Assembly: GCF_006345805.1 (NCBI RefSeq)
Contig: NC_043021.1
Span: 372,001 to 436,000 of the forward strand
DNA from: Octopus sinensis
Lineage: Eukaryota
Length of the DNA: 64,000 bases
Direction: 5' to 3'
The position numbers were made by a program, and so were the translations under genes. Below the pieces are notes generated by a model. That model was not told the DNA's origin. It searched no databases and saw only the letters and a list, made by a program, of their open reading frames with translations. Of the stretch, positions 27,631 through 40,790 are shown one piece after another. How positions within the stretch are numbered: position 1 is the first letter of the stretch; the number at the start of each line of letters is the position of its first letter.

Positions 27631-28038
27631 GAGAAGATAATAATCAAATGTTGTTTTAAAATTAGAAAAATATATGAGAATGTATTTTTGAAAAATAGAT
27701 TAAAATTTACTGGTTTAGATTTATCCAGGTCGACTTTGGTAAAAAAAATGTAAGGTTTGTAATATATATATCCTTGGTAAGTTCATCTCAGTAATCCATG
27801 AGTGGTTTTGATTTATGCAGATAGACTTTGGTAAGAAAATTTCAAGTTTGTATACATATATCCTTGGTAAATTCATCTTGGTAATCCATGACAAATTTTG
27901 TGTAAACAGTACCTTATCCTGCATTCCATATTAGAGATGTAGGTTAAATTTCATGCAATTATTTCAAAATACAGTATATATATATATACATATATGTATA
28001 TACACTATATATACATGAATATGTGTGCGTGTGTGTGT

Positions 28039-28197
28039 AGGTGGGTGCAGAAGTGGTTCCGGGTTCAGTCCCACTGCGTGGCACCTTGGGTAAGTGCCTT
28101 CTACTATAGCCTCGGACCAAACAAAGCCTTGTGAGTGGATTGGGTAGACGGAAAATGAAAGAAGCCTGTCGTATATACATACATATGTGTGTGTGTG

Positions 28198-28236
<39 letters not shown>

Positions 28237-28460
28237 TGTATGTATGTATGTATAAATGTGCATGTGTTTATCCCCCCTCCCAATGACGCTTGACAACCGA
28301 TGCTGGTGCGTTTACGTCCCCGTAAATTAGCAGTTCGGCAAAAGAGACCGACAGAATAAGTACTAGGCTTACAAAGATAAGTCCTGGGGTCGACTTGTTC
28401 GACTAAAGGTGGTGCTCCACCATGGCCGCAGTCAAATAAATGAAACAAATAAAAGAAAAG
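28039..28460 (+). mobile_element. tRNA-derived SINE, family A
   Basis: Matches 8968-9340. Confidence 0.8.
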
Positions 28461-28852
28461 CATACATATATACATACATACATACATACATACATACATA
28501 CATGCATACATGCATACATGCATACATATATATATATATATATATATAGATATCCACCCGAAATTGCAAAGATAATCTGGAACTCGACTGAGGAAAGAAA
28601 ACACCGAATGAGACAGTCCTTATTTTCTCTGTATTGTCTATCTGGACGTTTTGCTGTCCCTTTTTTGTATATATATACACACACACACGCACACACAGAT
28701 GCATATATGTAATATGCACAGACACATACATACACATACGTTCAACAAAAAGTGTGAGTATATGTGTGTGTGTATGTGTGTGTGTGGTTGTGTGTGTATG
28801 ACAGAGAGAGCGACAGAGACAGAGTGATTTTATATAAAAGTAGACAGATACG

Positions 28853-28917
<65 letters not shown>

Positions 28918-29814
28918 TACATAAAGAAAGGCAACCTACACATATTTTTGAATATACGGACATAGTAATATGATTGCATATATGTTAATAACTCGGTGTG
29001 ATAACATGCTTGCGAGTAAAATTATGTAAAAGTGCAAAAACGAAAATACAAATAAGTATGAGCGCGCGTGTGTGTGTGTGTGAGTAATTGTGAGTGAACC
29101 CACCCATTCGCGCCCAAACACAATTGCTGCGTTTGTCTATAATTAAATGATGTAACAAGCGACGTATTTACACGAATTCCTTTCTTTGCATAAACATTAT
29201 TTATCTCCCAAATAACTACTTATCTGTCCTTATCTGTTGCTGCGTGCTAAGAAGTTTGCTTCTCAACCATATAGTTCCCATGTGTGACACCTCGGCCAAG
29301 TGCTCTCTCCTCAGGCTGATCAAAGCCTTGTGAGTGGATTTGGTAGAGAGAAGCTGAAAGAAGCCTATCTTATATATATGTGTGTGTGTGTGTCTGCACC
29401 ATGCCACAGTTATAGTTATCAGGCAATTTCTGCAACCACATCACCCCTAACATCTCACCACCTAACTCTCTAGACGGCAACCCCTTGATTATTATGTGTG
29501 GGACGCAGTTGAGCGAGCTGAACTGAAGGTAAGGATTAGAGCAATATTCACCAACTTATACAAGGAGATCATCCAGAAGAGTTGCAGGAGATTACAAAGT
29601 CGTCTGGAGGCTGTGGTTGAAGCCAATGGTGATTTTATTGAATAAATTGATTCAAGATATTTCCAGAAATGTTAATGTAGTTCTGATAAATATATCTGTT
29701 AAACTGAGATATCAATGTTGTTTTCATTTTTGCGTAATTTAGATGACAATATAGTCACCGCACTCTGTGTGTATGTCTGTGTGTGCGTGTGTGTGTGTGT
29801 ATATATATATATAT

Positions 29815-30355
29815 AAACTTAGATAAACTTAGATATGTTTTGACCAAAGATTTGTCCACACCATGTCTAACTTAATAGCACCACCTGATAGGATTATCTA
29901 AATCCTTTTAAAGTCAAGTTTTGTATATGGTCCTTTCAAGTAGTGAGCTCTTGTTGAGTGAGTTTATCCAGGTATGGGTGTCTTATCTGGTATTATGTTG
30001 AAGAAATCTGTCCAGCATATAGATCAGACTGGAGTTGAGTTCGGTCTTCTTCATTGATGATTTTCTGGAGCTTAGTGTCATCAGCAAATATTTTCACTTT
30101 GCAGTGATTTACGGCGCTGAAAAGGTCATTTATGTAAATTATAAAGAGGAGCGGGCCCAAGACAGTCCCCTGAGGGACACCACTGGTGAATTTTGCTTGG
30201 CTCGAGTGGACTCCATTGACCATAACATGTTGTGTTCTATTCGCCAGGAAATACTTAATACAGTGTAAAATTTTCCACGGATTCCAACATTTGCCAATTT
30301 TGAGAGTAAGATATTATGGTCAACTTTGTCGAACGCTTTACTGAAGTCAAGATAT
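29815..30355 (-). mobile_element. CR1-type LINE 3' fragment with internal 709-bp deletion relative to the copy at 52660-54990
   Basis: SGVPQGTVLGPLLFIIYINDL...IFADDTKL and YLDFSKAFDKVDH motifs; high nucleotide identity to 52660-53900. Confidence 0.9.
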
Positions 30356-30385
30356 AAATAAATAATATAAATAAATAAATAATAT

Positions 30386-30480
<95 letters not shown>

Positions 30481-30541
30481 TATATATATATTTATATATG
30501 TATACATATATATACATACATATATACATATATACGTATAT

Positions 30542-30949
30542 TACTCTTTTACTCTTTTACTTGTTTCAGTCATTTGACTGCGGCCATGCTGGAGCACCGC
30601 TTTTAATCGAGTAACTCGACCCCGGGACTTATTCTTTTGTAAGCCCAGTACTTATTCTATCGGTCTCTTTTGCCGAACCGCTAAGTAACGGGGACATAAA
30701 CACACCAGCATCGGTTGTCAAGCAATGCTAGGGGGACAAACACAGACACACAAACACACACATACATATATATATATACATATATACGACAGGCTTCTTT
30801 CAGTTTCCGTCTACCAAATCCACTCACAAGGCATTGGTCGGCCCGGGGCTATAGCAGAAGACACTTGCCCAAGATGCCACGCAGTAGGACTGAACCCGAA
30901 ACCATGTGGTTGGTTAGCAAGCTACTTACCACACAGCCACTCCTGCGCC
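30542..30949 (-). mobile_element. tRNA-derived SINE, family A (full length)
   Basis: Reverse complement of the 8968-9340 family. Confidence 0.85.
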
Positions 30950-31167
30950 TATACATACATTTATATATATATAAATGTGTGTTTGTATATATATAGGAAG
31001 GAGAGACGTGTACTTGATACGCTTGTCTTAATAATTCGTCTAAACAATTAATTTTTTACAGGAAGTGCTCTGTAACTAAATAAGAATTAGTGTTATGACT
31101 AAAGTTCATGCGAAAGAAATTTGGTGGGAAATGGCGAATCTTGAATATACAGGTGCCAAAAGCATGC

Positions 31168-31228
<61 letters not shown>

Positions 31229-31234
31229 TCTATA

Positions 31235-31257
31235 TTTTGTGCAATAAATAAATCTGT

Positions 31258-31324
<67 letters not shown>

Positions 31325-31325
31325 T
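31235..31325. repeat. (GATA)n microsatellite (also at 28850-28915)
   Basis: Tandem GATA visible. Confidence 0.9.
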
Positions 31326-31929
31326 GCTCGCGCGCGCACACGCTTAACGCACGCACACGCTTGCACGCACGCACGCACACACATCTTACTGTGTGTCATG
31401 TGACAAATACTTTTCCCATTTTGTCTGCTGGTGCCTTGAGAAATGTTTCTATCTTGTGAGAGACAAGATCCGTCGTTCTCTCTTCCTTACTGTTCCCTCC
31501 CCACTTCCTTTCTCATGAAGAATTTAGTAAAATAATTCTATTATTACTAAAATGGTGTTTGGAACAAACATTACCATAAAATTTTAATGAAAAGTTGTAA
31601 ATTAGATCATTAGGCTTTTAGCAAGAATGATCTTCCTTCCTCGTATCTTTCTTGCCCTGTCAGACATTTGTTTAACCATTTAGCATTAAAACTGATCATA
31701 TCTGACCTATATATTTTACTTGTTTTATGTTCAAACTGGCCTCTCACACCTACCTTACGATGTCATTCTAAAAATAAACAATCACTTTATTGAAATCTCA
31801 AGGCTAGGAGAGATAATGCAAGACTAATTCAAAACAATGTGAATAAATAAGGATTACATTGGATAAAGTAATCTAAGTGTTAAAGGATTCCTAAATAATC
31901 TGAGAAACTTAATGCAGCTATATTAACGT

Positions 31930-33330
31930 GAAAAAACTTGATGGAACGTTATGTTATCCGAAGAGATTCTTTAGAAAGAGTAAAATGCTTGGAAAAGATT
32001 GGAAACACCTTATTGATGCCCGACTAGAATTTCCCGAGAGTTTAATTGTTTTACATGATTTCACTGAATCACAACAATTACCCAAACCACAGGAAGTTGG
32101 AGCAAAAACCAGGAACATGAATTTTAGACAACGAAGAAGTATTTCATTGTATTTTCAGTGTCATGAACGATGACATGGCTAATCCCAGTTTCTTCTTGTT
32201 TGATGGATCAAGGGGGTCTGGTAATATGTCTTTCTATAATACTCTGATTATACTACATGAGATAAAGAGGGAAACTATTCTCCTTTCTGCAGCAACAGGA
32301 ATAGCGGCGGATATACTACGTGCTCAGACGGCACACAATTTTTATTTTCCTATCACTAATCTCGATACAACAATATCGTCCACAAAAATTACTTCCTCAA
32401 ACTAGAATCGTATCCCCCAGGCTTCTTTCTTCATAATTTTATGAAATGTACTTCCAGTGCATTCACATTGACATCATTGAATGTTGATATCATTGAATTA
32501 TGCATCAAGCGGTCACCACTTTAGAGGTGAATGAAAAAAATTGTCACATGAAGCAGTGGAGCAAATTGAACTTTTGATGTGGTTTCTTAAAATTGGCGAG
32601 GGTACGCTAGGAAATCATGTGACGATGTAAGCAGTCTCGAACTTTCTTTATATTATAGTCGTTGAAGAGAATATAACGGGAGAAGTATATGTTAAATCTA
32701 TTAATGGGACCCGTAGAGAAGCAACACTTGAAGTTACAACAAAGAAAATCCTTACAAGAAACCAAGATAAACTAATGATCTATAATCAGTTATTATTGAA
32801 CTGTATTCCTGGTGACGTCACAAAATATAAATGCGCAAACTCTAATGAAGAATCGGTAGCACCATTCTTTGTTGAATTCTCAAAAGAACAGACTTTATCA
32901 AGATAGACCACCTCCTGTGAAGTGAAATTCTATGATAAGGATTCTTCAGAAAATTGGAACCCAGGCATGGACACTTAAGTGACATCTGTGATCGTCTTAT
33001 CACTGCTAAGTTCTGTGGTCGAGCATTACATACTCAGAGCAACTACAACCAGAAAAGAAGTACTTATCTCCAAGAAGTGGTTTGACTGCAAGTGACACAA
33101 CTTTAAGATGCTTTCTCAAAAGGATATAATTTCCGGTCAGTTCTGTACCTGCAATGACCATAAACTAATTACCAAGCCAAACTTGTAATAAAATAGGTAT
33201 GGTCCTCCCACAATCTCTGTTTAGCTACGGACACTTGTATGTTGTTCTAAGTAGAACCAAGAATCAGGTTAATTTGATATTACAGACTGAAGATTACGAA
33301 GCGAATGTTTCACAAAGAACGCTGTAATCA
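31930..33330 (+). mobile_element. Decayed Helitron Pif1-like helicase
   Basis: FDGSRGSGNMSFYNTL...LLSAATGIAADILRAQTAH (motifs I/Ia) and FPVSSVPAMTIN...QTCNKIGMVLPQSLFSYGHLYVVLSR (motifs V/VI). Confidence 0.75.
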
Positions 33331-34513
33331 AGGATTTACTGTATACTGTGTCCTGTATTCTTCACTTGAATTTTTGACAATTACTATGAGCTTTAAGTTC
33401 TCAACGAAAGAGAAAGATTGTACTTACGTATAGAGTATGGGATTTATTTAAACATATTTTTCTCGCTATCGGGTATTAAGTCATTGCAAGAATTATAAGG
33501 TCTGAACTGACAATTGCAGTTACGTACAGTTGGAGATGAAAGATTTCGGTGTGCGTGTGTGTGTGTGTGTGTGTGTAACGGCGAACCCTGTTCGGGAGTT
33601 CCAATGTTTTCAGGATTGTAAAACCACCGTGTAACCACTTTTATTCACAGATCTACTCGGAGTAGTAGAACCTATAAGGATCCCAGCAACGAGTAACTTA
33701 GCATATTAGGGCCTGCCTATCTAAACTTGTGAAGACTGGATCCAGCAGACTCTGCGCAAGAAACTTTCAAGATTCAACGGAAGAGAAGGCAGCTGCAGCA
33801 ACGCATTATGGAGAGCAGAGAGGGAAATGAGACAAGACATCTTGGTTACCCACTGCATCCGTCTCCATCCCTAGTCATCAGGTGATTGCAGCAACGCATT
33901 ATGGAGAGAGCAAGATGAAACAATTGATACATCTTGCTCATCCACTCTTTTCCATCACCAGTCGTCTAGACCTGGTCATGTCACTGCACTAAAGATGGTT
34001 ACAAGCAAGCGAGTGAGGCTGGCTATACAGAAGTCTTCTTCACTTTAAGCAAATTTACTGTGCGTGTCAGCAATCATTCTTAAGATGGATCTCTCGCTCT
34101 GACAGGCGAGAATGATGACAAATATTTATGAGTGTTAGAGTGAATGACTCAAATGTACTGTAATGTAAATAAGTCCTGAAACCAACTGCCTTTTTTACAC
34201 CCAAATACAAATAACCAAAACCTTGTTCTTAATCCAATTACATATAAACTTTTTAATCAGTAAAATGAGAGAGAATACAAACAACTAAACAAAACCTAGT
34301 TCCATTCGAGACATAGGAAGAAACCTAAACTAGAACTACAAGTGAGGGTATCAACGATATGCCGAAGAAAAGAAAAAACACCAAAAAAAGAACCAACAAA
34401 GGCAATGGGTAAACAAATATATAAACATCACAATAACAATAACTTAATCTAAATAAAGGCAGATATCCGATCACTCGTTGCTCTACTGGAGCTCTTTATT
34501 ATTTCGACATTCA

Positions 34514-34905
34514 AGGCGGCGAGTTGGCAGAATCGTTAGCACGCCGGGTGAAATGCTTAGTGGTATTTCGTCTGCCAATACGTTCTGAGGTTCCACCGAG
34601 GTAGACTTTGCCTTTCATCCTTTCGAGGTCGATTAAATAAGTACCAGTTACGCACTGGGGTCGATGTAATCGACTTAATCCGTTTGTCTGTCCTTGTTTG
34701 TCCTCTCTGTGTTTAGCCCCATGTGGGTAGTAAAGAAATAGGTATTTCGTCTGCGGCTTCGATCTGATTACAAATTCTGCCGCGGGCAAATTTACCTTTC
34801 ATCCTTTCGGGGTCGATGAAAAAGTACCAGTTACGCACTGGAGTCGATGTAATCCACTATCTCTTCCACCAAATTTCAGACCTTTTGCCTATAGAAGAAA
34901 TGATT
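34514..34905 (+). mobile_element. tRNA-derived SINE, family C, with duplicated 3' part
   Basis: GGCGGCGAGTTGGCAGAATCGTTAGCACGCCGGG head; GCCTTTCATCCTTTCG.GGTCGAT block occurs twice. Confidence 0.8.
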
Positions 34906-34934
34906 ATTTCGACATTCATATATGCAGGGTAATC

Positions 34935-35160
34935 GACTGACGATCGTAAGGTCGTGAGTTCGATTCCTGGGGGCGCGTTATGTCCTTGAACAATACATTT
35001 TATTTCATCTTATTCTAGTCCACTCAGCAGGTAAAAATGAGTTGTATCTGTAATTCAAAGGGCTAGCCGTGTAATGCTGAATCTCCCTGAGAACTACGTT
35101 AAGGGCATACAGGTCTGTGGAGTACTCAGCTACTTTCATGTTAATTTCACGAGCAGGTTA
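34935..35160 (+). mobile_element. SINE family B fragment
   Basis: Matches 9550-9790. Confidence 0.7.
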
Positions 35161-35549
35161 TTCAAACCTCAAATTGCTATACAATTAACTTTTATGAACA
35201 AAAAACTCCATGTGAATTTCAGTTTGTGTGCTGTAATTTTATTCTTCATTGTTAAATCCGTGTCAGAGTCTTCGAAAGAGAATATTAAGAAAACAAAACA
35301 AGAGAGGTTTTGTTTGTAAGCTATTTCGTATAATCATCTTAAATTCCATTTCATTAGCATAAGATTAATATTGGTTACAGAAGGCAAACTTTAAAAAGTA
35401 CGTCGAATTACATGCGAGCCATCACCCCGATGGTTGCTGCTGCTGCTGTTACTACTACTAATACTACTACTACCATTCTCTGACGATTTGGCTGTTTGTA
35501 TGCTTTACATAGTTTGTAATTTTGCAATATGGAACTAATTATCATTTTA

Positions 35550-37106
35550 CGAGGTGATATCAAAAAGTTCTCGTACTAGCTACGTTTAATAAAAGATAAC
35601 TTATTTATCTAAGTGTCAGCATCATCTCCTTCTAAATAGTCACCTTGCACAGTAATACACCGGTCGTACCTGCTACCTTTGGAATCCGGCCTGAAAGTCG
35701 TTTTCCGTAAGCGAGTCTAGGATCTTCTGCGATTCGCTCTGGATCTCGATAACAGTGTTAAAACGGCGACCTTTGAGGTGCATTTTCATCTTGGGGAAGA
35801 GATGAAGTCGTCATGTGCTAAATCTGACGAATACGAATAAGATGTTGTTTTTGACGAGAAACTCACGAGCTGAAAAGTCCCTGGCTTTAAGACTATTGGG
35901 AAAGGTTTGGTTGGAGGCCAAACCTTCCGAGTTCTTTTACAGGGCTTAGAAAATCTGAAGGACCACTTCAATAAGTATGTGAATCTGAGAGAGGAATATG
36001 TTGAACAAAATCATAAGTGACTGATCCTCCTGTATTTTCGTTTACCCAAAGCCAGAAACTTTTCAGCTGCACTTTCATCTTGAGGACGAGATGGAAGTCC
36101 GCGGGTGATAAATCAGGCGAACAGGGTGGGTATGGATGCGATACCATGTTGTTTGGGGCGAGAAACTCACGAAGTAGAAGAGCTCGGTGACAGGGTGCAT
36201 TGACGTCGTGAAGAATCCAATTCTTCGTGCTCCACAGATCCAGTCACATTCACCGAATATCCGCCCTCAAACGCTTCAAAACGTCGCAGTAGAACTCTTG
36301 ATTGACGGTCCGGCCCTGAGGGACAAATTCTGGATGCACAATACCACGGATGTCGAAAAAAAAATACGATGATCAAGCTCTTGATTGAGCTGCAGCTCTG
36401 TTGTGCCTTCTTTTGTCATAGAAATGAAGGCCTCTTTTACTGTGACAAATGCTGCTTCGTCTCTGGATCGTACCCGTTGATCCAACTCTCGTCACCAGTG
36501 ATAATCCTCGACATGAAGGATGGGTCATCAGTGGAATGCTGACGGAGATCTTGACACACTTTGATGCGATGTTCTTTCTGGTCAGTGTTCAACAGAGGAC
36601 AAACGTGGCAGTGACATGCCACATGATCAATTCAGATGTTAGGATTGCCTGCACGGACCCATACGACAGACCAATAACATCAGCAATGTCGTTGATTGTC
36701 CTCCGCCGATCCTCATGCACAAGGTGGTGAGTTTTCTCCATACTTCCGACGGTGATGCTCGTGGAAGGTCTTCCAGATCGTTCATCATCTTCCAGAGACG
36801 TCCTTTCGCTTTTGAAGCACCCGTGCCCCTTGAAACGTTGAGTAGATCCATTACTTCGTCACCGTGAGCTTGCCGAAGCATGCTCAATGTCTCTGTAGCA
36901 GTTTAACGCAAAATTTCACGTTGGCTCTTTGTTCTTGTCCATGGCAAAATCGCAGACTACATCATACACGTGATCACAGAAACACAAATTTTCACAACTT
37001 ATGAAGTATGAACAGCAATGTCACTCGGCACATTACCTCCTAAAGGTCACTGGTAGCTCTTACTTCGCACGCAGAACTAACCCGGGAAATTTTTGAAACC
37101 ACTTCG
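35550..37106 (-). mobile_element. Decayed mariner element (family also at 43958-44062 and 61515-62387)
   Basis: IITGDESWINGYDPETKQ and HQNFVPQGRTINQEFYCDVL..LREDIR motifs on the minus strand; TIR-like ends CGAGGTGATATCAAAAAGTTC / GAAATTTTTGAAACCACTTCG. Confidence 0.8.
35868..36068 (+). mobile_element. Mariner-derived MITE (~200 bp)
   Basis: Ends AGCTGAAAAGTCCCTGGCTTT / AAAGCCAGAAACTTTTCAGCT; interior encodes a mariner C-terminus-like FLQGLENLKDHFNKYVNLREEYVEQ; second copy at 46755-46958. Confidence 0.75.
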
Positions 37107-37535
37107 TGTATTACTGAAATATACGTAAGATTATATAATTAAATATCATATAAATAGCCACTAATGTTTTTCTCATACTTACATGTATATATAAATATGT
37201 GTGTGTATATAGTTTATGTGTGTGTGTATAGCTTATGTGTGTATGCGAGTGCGTCTGTGTGCCAGTGTGTATTTTTATGTATATATGAGTGTATTTATTT
37301 GTACATATGTATATGCACGCAGTTTTATCATCCTCTGCATTTGCATATACACATTCAGAAAATATATATTACATATATATAAGTGGGGATGACCACTAAG
37401 TGGATATCCATTATGCTAGATGTAGACACCATATGGTCTGACCACTAAGAAAACAATGTTCTCAAGAAAATTCAGCAAATGCCAGAACGTAAGCGAGCAA
37501 GACAAATGAAAAGATCCAAAATATAAAGATCTTTA

Positions 37536-37573
37536 TAAACATATAAGTACGAGGCCTCGTACTTATATGTTTA
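37536..37573. repeat. Perfect 38-bp palindrome
   Basis: TAAACATATAAGTACGAGG|CCTCGTACTTATATGTTTA. Confidence 0.95.
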
Positions 37574-37793
37574 ATCTAGGCGTACCTGTTGATGAAGACT
37601 TCGCCTAGCAAATTATTTTATTTGCTAAAAAAGATCTGAAACCATGGTCCAGGAGATAGAAGGTAAATGTTTTTATTTTTCATTCCCTTGGAGTTTTTAT
37701 CCCTAATTGTGGTTTGAACTTTAGCTGTTCTTTCTAGTGTGAAAGGAATCCTATGACGGATACCTCTTATGTGTTTAAATGTACACTGTATAT

Positions 37794-37901
<108 letters not shown>

Positions 37902-38969
37902 ATACATATAATGTATGTACATACACTCATACATATGTTATTTGACTTTGTATATGCATGTATTTAATATGAGCAAGTACACATCTGTTCTGAAAGTTAA
38001 ACATAGAAACATGTCTATCGCAAATGTCTTATTTTCTCAATAAACATTGTGGTTATGACTACCAGCAGTGTTGCTAGTATCTTAGCCACCTGACCCAACG
38101 ATTCAGTTTCGAATCTCCACCAAACATTACTCACACACACATACACACCATGAACGCGATCAAGGTCACTGAGCAATGCATGAACCTCTCAAAATCTCTT
38201 TTCTCAGTCTACATACTTTAAATCTGTAGTTTTGTATGTAATGAAGATGTTTGCATATGCATATTCTGAGATATACAGACATGGATTCACACACACACGC
38301 GCGCACACTCTCATACGCACACACATACACACACACATACAAATGTGTGCGCGTGTGTGCAAAACCATAGCAGTCACGTGGAAGCCTGTATGACTTTGAA
38401 GCATGTACCATGCTTTTGTTAATTGTATTCGATGCTTACGTAATTTCAAGCCGACCTAGACACACTCTCGGTCCTCTCTCCCGGGACCCAGCAGAGCATT
38501 GACGATGCGACAGTGGTAACGATAGAGTGGAAACAACCAGAACTAGACTAATAGTTATTTTCAACTGAGCAACTTGGGAACATGAATGAAGTATTTTGCT
38601 GAAGGATGCAACGCACATTTATATATGCATACATATTCGTGTATGTATAAATATGCATATATGTATAGATAGATAGATAGATAGATATGTATGTGTGTAT
38701 GTATGTAGATATGTATGTATGTATGTATGTATGTGTGTGTGTATGTATATACATATGCACATTTATATATATGTTGTTGTTGAAGGGGTGGGGGAAAGTA
38801 ATAGTAACAGGGATGGAATTATCTAGCACTGGGAGCATCGTATTTCGTATTTACGAGGTGAGGGGCGTGACTATAACGAAAGTATTCCAATATTACTTCT
38901 TTCTCTTTTTCTTTAGGTCATTCTTCTTTTTCTTGAACTATTTCTTCGTATTATGTTTATTATTATTGC

Positions 38970-39150
38970 AGAGGCAACGAGCTGGCAGGATCGTTTGCAC
39001 GCCGGGCGAAATGCTTAACAGTATTTAGTCTACCGCTTCGTTCTGAGTTCAAATTCTACCAAAATCGTCCTTTCGGGGTCGATAAATTGAGTACTGGGGT
39101 CGATTTAATCGACTATACCCCTTCCATAAATTTTAGGCCGTGTACGTATA
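38970..39150 (+). mobile_element. SINE family C
   Basis: GGCAACGAGCTGGCAGGATCGTTTGCACGCCGGGCGAAATGC head. Confidence 0.75.
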
Positions 39151-39199
39151 GTAGAAAGAATTATAATTCAACATTTGGTGGTTTCAAGCAAATTTCTGC

Positions 39200-39860
39200 T
39201 GCATCACTTGCTGCACCTCTGTGTTGCTGGGGTGTGTGCAGCATTGTGTTCTTTTTTGTTGTTGAGGTATTGAATTGCGTCAGTTTGTTTTGCTATGGGG
39301 TCTGGTTGCTGTCTTTTGTTGTATTAGTGTTAGTATTGTGTGTTGTGTGTGTAATGCGAGTTGCGTTCTTCAGTTGGGTATCCAGCCTGCTGTGGGTTGT
39401 TTATTTTACTGGACATTTGCCATATAGAGCATGTCTTGTGTTATTGAATTGGTAATGTCTTTCGTAGGATGTGAGCTGTTCCTAGTAGGGCTATTGTTTG
39501 GAAAGTGTGTAGTGTTGCAGATCTAGGTATAGCTTCTACGTTTTTGTTCATATAGTTTTTTTGTTTTTTTTATCGTGCCTAATGCTCCAATTATTACTGG
39601 TATTGTTTCCACTTTCATGTCCCATGCCTTGAATTCTTCAATTTCGAGCTCTTTGTACTTTGACAAATTCCTCCGCTTCTTTTGGGCAGAAGGGACTGCA
39701 ATGTCTATCACTGATAAGACGTTCCCCGCCCCCAATCCTGATTATTATGGATGGGCGATAAAGTAGCTTTTATTTCTTTGTCATTTAGAACAGGCCAAAT
39801 TCCCCTTTTCCACCAAGGTTGTTTATTTATTCTTCTATCCGTCGATGTTCTGTTCATCAT
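39200..39860 (-). mobile_element. 5'-truncated R4/Dong-like LINE 3' end (REL endonuclease)
   Basis: VIDIAVPSAQK..NLSKYKELEIE...WDMKVETIPVIIGALGTIKK; (AAT)n on the 5' side. Confidence 0.7.
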
Positions 39861-39884
39861 CATTATTATTATTATTATTATTAT

Positions 39885-40330
39885 TATTCTATGTTTGACT
39901 TTTGCTTTATGTCTGTACAAGTTGGCTCCAAGTCTCACCCAGAGCCCTCAAGAGACAACAGGTTGGAAGTTCTGTGCCATATATTTGGGGTTTTTTTTCT
40001 TTCTTTTTTTTTTGGTGTTGTACTAGTGAATGTCTAATACATAAAAAATAAATAAATAAATAAAAAAGAAAGAGTTTGTTTTAAACCTTGGGATTACATA
40101 GAGAGTATTTTGCGTAGAATATGAGCAGTTCCCATGAGCACTATCTTTTGAATTTCTGCCATTTTGGGGTTTCCTGGTATCTGAGTTAGGTAGCAATCAG
40201 TCCCTTTCGCTATCATTCCCAGGGCACCTATGACAACAGGTATTGTTTTAGTCTTCAGCTTCCACATTTTGCTGATTTCTATTTCAAGATCTTTATATTT
40301 GCTCAGTTTTTGGTAGGTCTTGACAGATAC
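39885..40330 (-). mobile_element. 5'-truncated R4/Dong-like LINE 3' end flanked by (AAT)n at both ends
   Basis: QKLSKYKDLEIEISKMWKLKTKTIPVVIGALGMIAKG...IQKIVLMGTAHILRKILSM*; AAT arrays at 39862-39885 and 40340-40372. Confidence 0.75.
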
Positions 40331-40340
40331 GTTTATATCG

Positions 40341-40374
<34 letters not shown>

Positions 40375-40579
40375 CACCCCCTCCGTCCTCTGCACCTCAG
40401 TATCCGCGATTCTCCAATTTCATCTCACATTCAATGTCAAATTAATCGCTTTTCCGCACCGCCCTCTCCCTACGTCGTCTACTCTCCCACCTACAGCCCA
40501 TTCACAGTATTTCTCCTTCTAACGTCTCTCTACTTCTTATTTCCATCCTGTTTTATCAGCTTTAAAACACTGCTTATAT

Positions 40580-40790
40580 GACACCATATCACTTGTTATG
40601 GTCGAGCCTGTGGCAGTGTAAACCTCGGGCGTTCTTGAATCTCCCACTCGGATCATATCCTTGCTCAGCGCTAACGAGGCGGAGACTGCAGTCCGTAAAT
40701 GCGAGTCCCATGAGTCAAAGTGGTTGTTCTAGCGCATCACCCTCGCTGTCCTCCGGATCAACACCTTCTCCATCCTACTGCTGGAGAAAT
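40580..40790 (+). mobile_element. CRE-like LINE 3' fragment (REL endonuclease C-terminus)
   Basis: VEPVAV*TSGVL...HESKWLF*RITLAVLRINTFSIL resembles F.PVAVETSG...WL.QRISLAV.RGNA.SIL. Confidence 0.5.

Noticed and set aside
27765-27890. Tandem duplication as a C2H2 zinc-finger array
   Set aside because: The period is about 90 bp rather than 84 bp, and no C-x2-C/H-x3-H pattern appears in any frame.
30010-30020. CR1 internal deletion interpreted as a spliced intron (a GTGAGT lies at one breakpoint on the sense strand)
   Set aside because: No placement of the breakpoint ends the deleted segment in AG; microhomology explains it.
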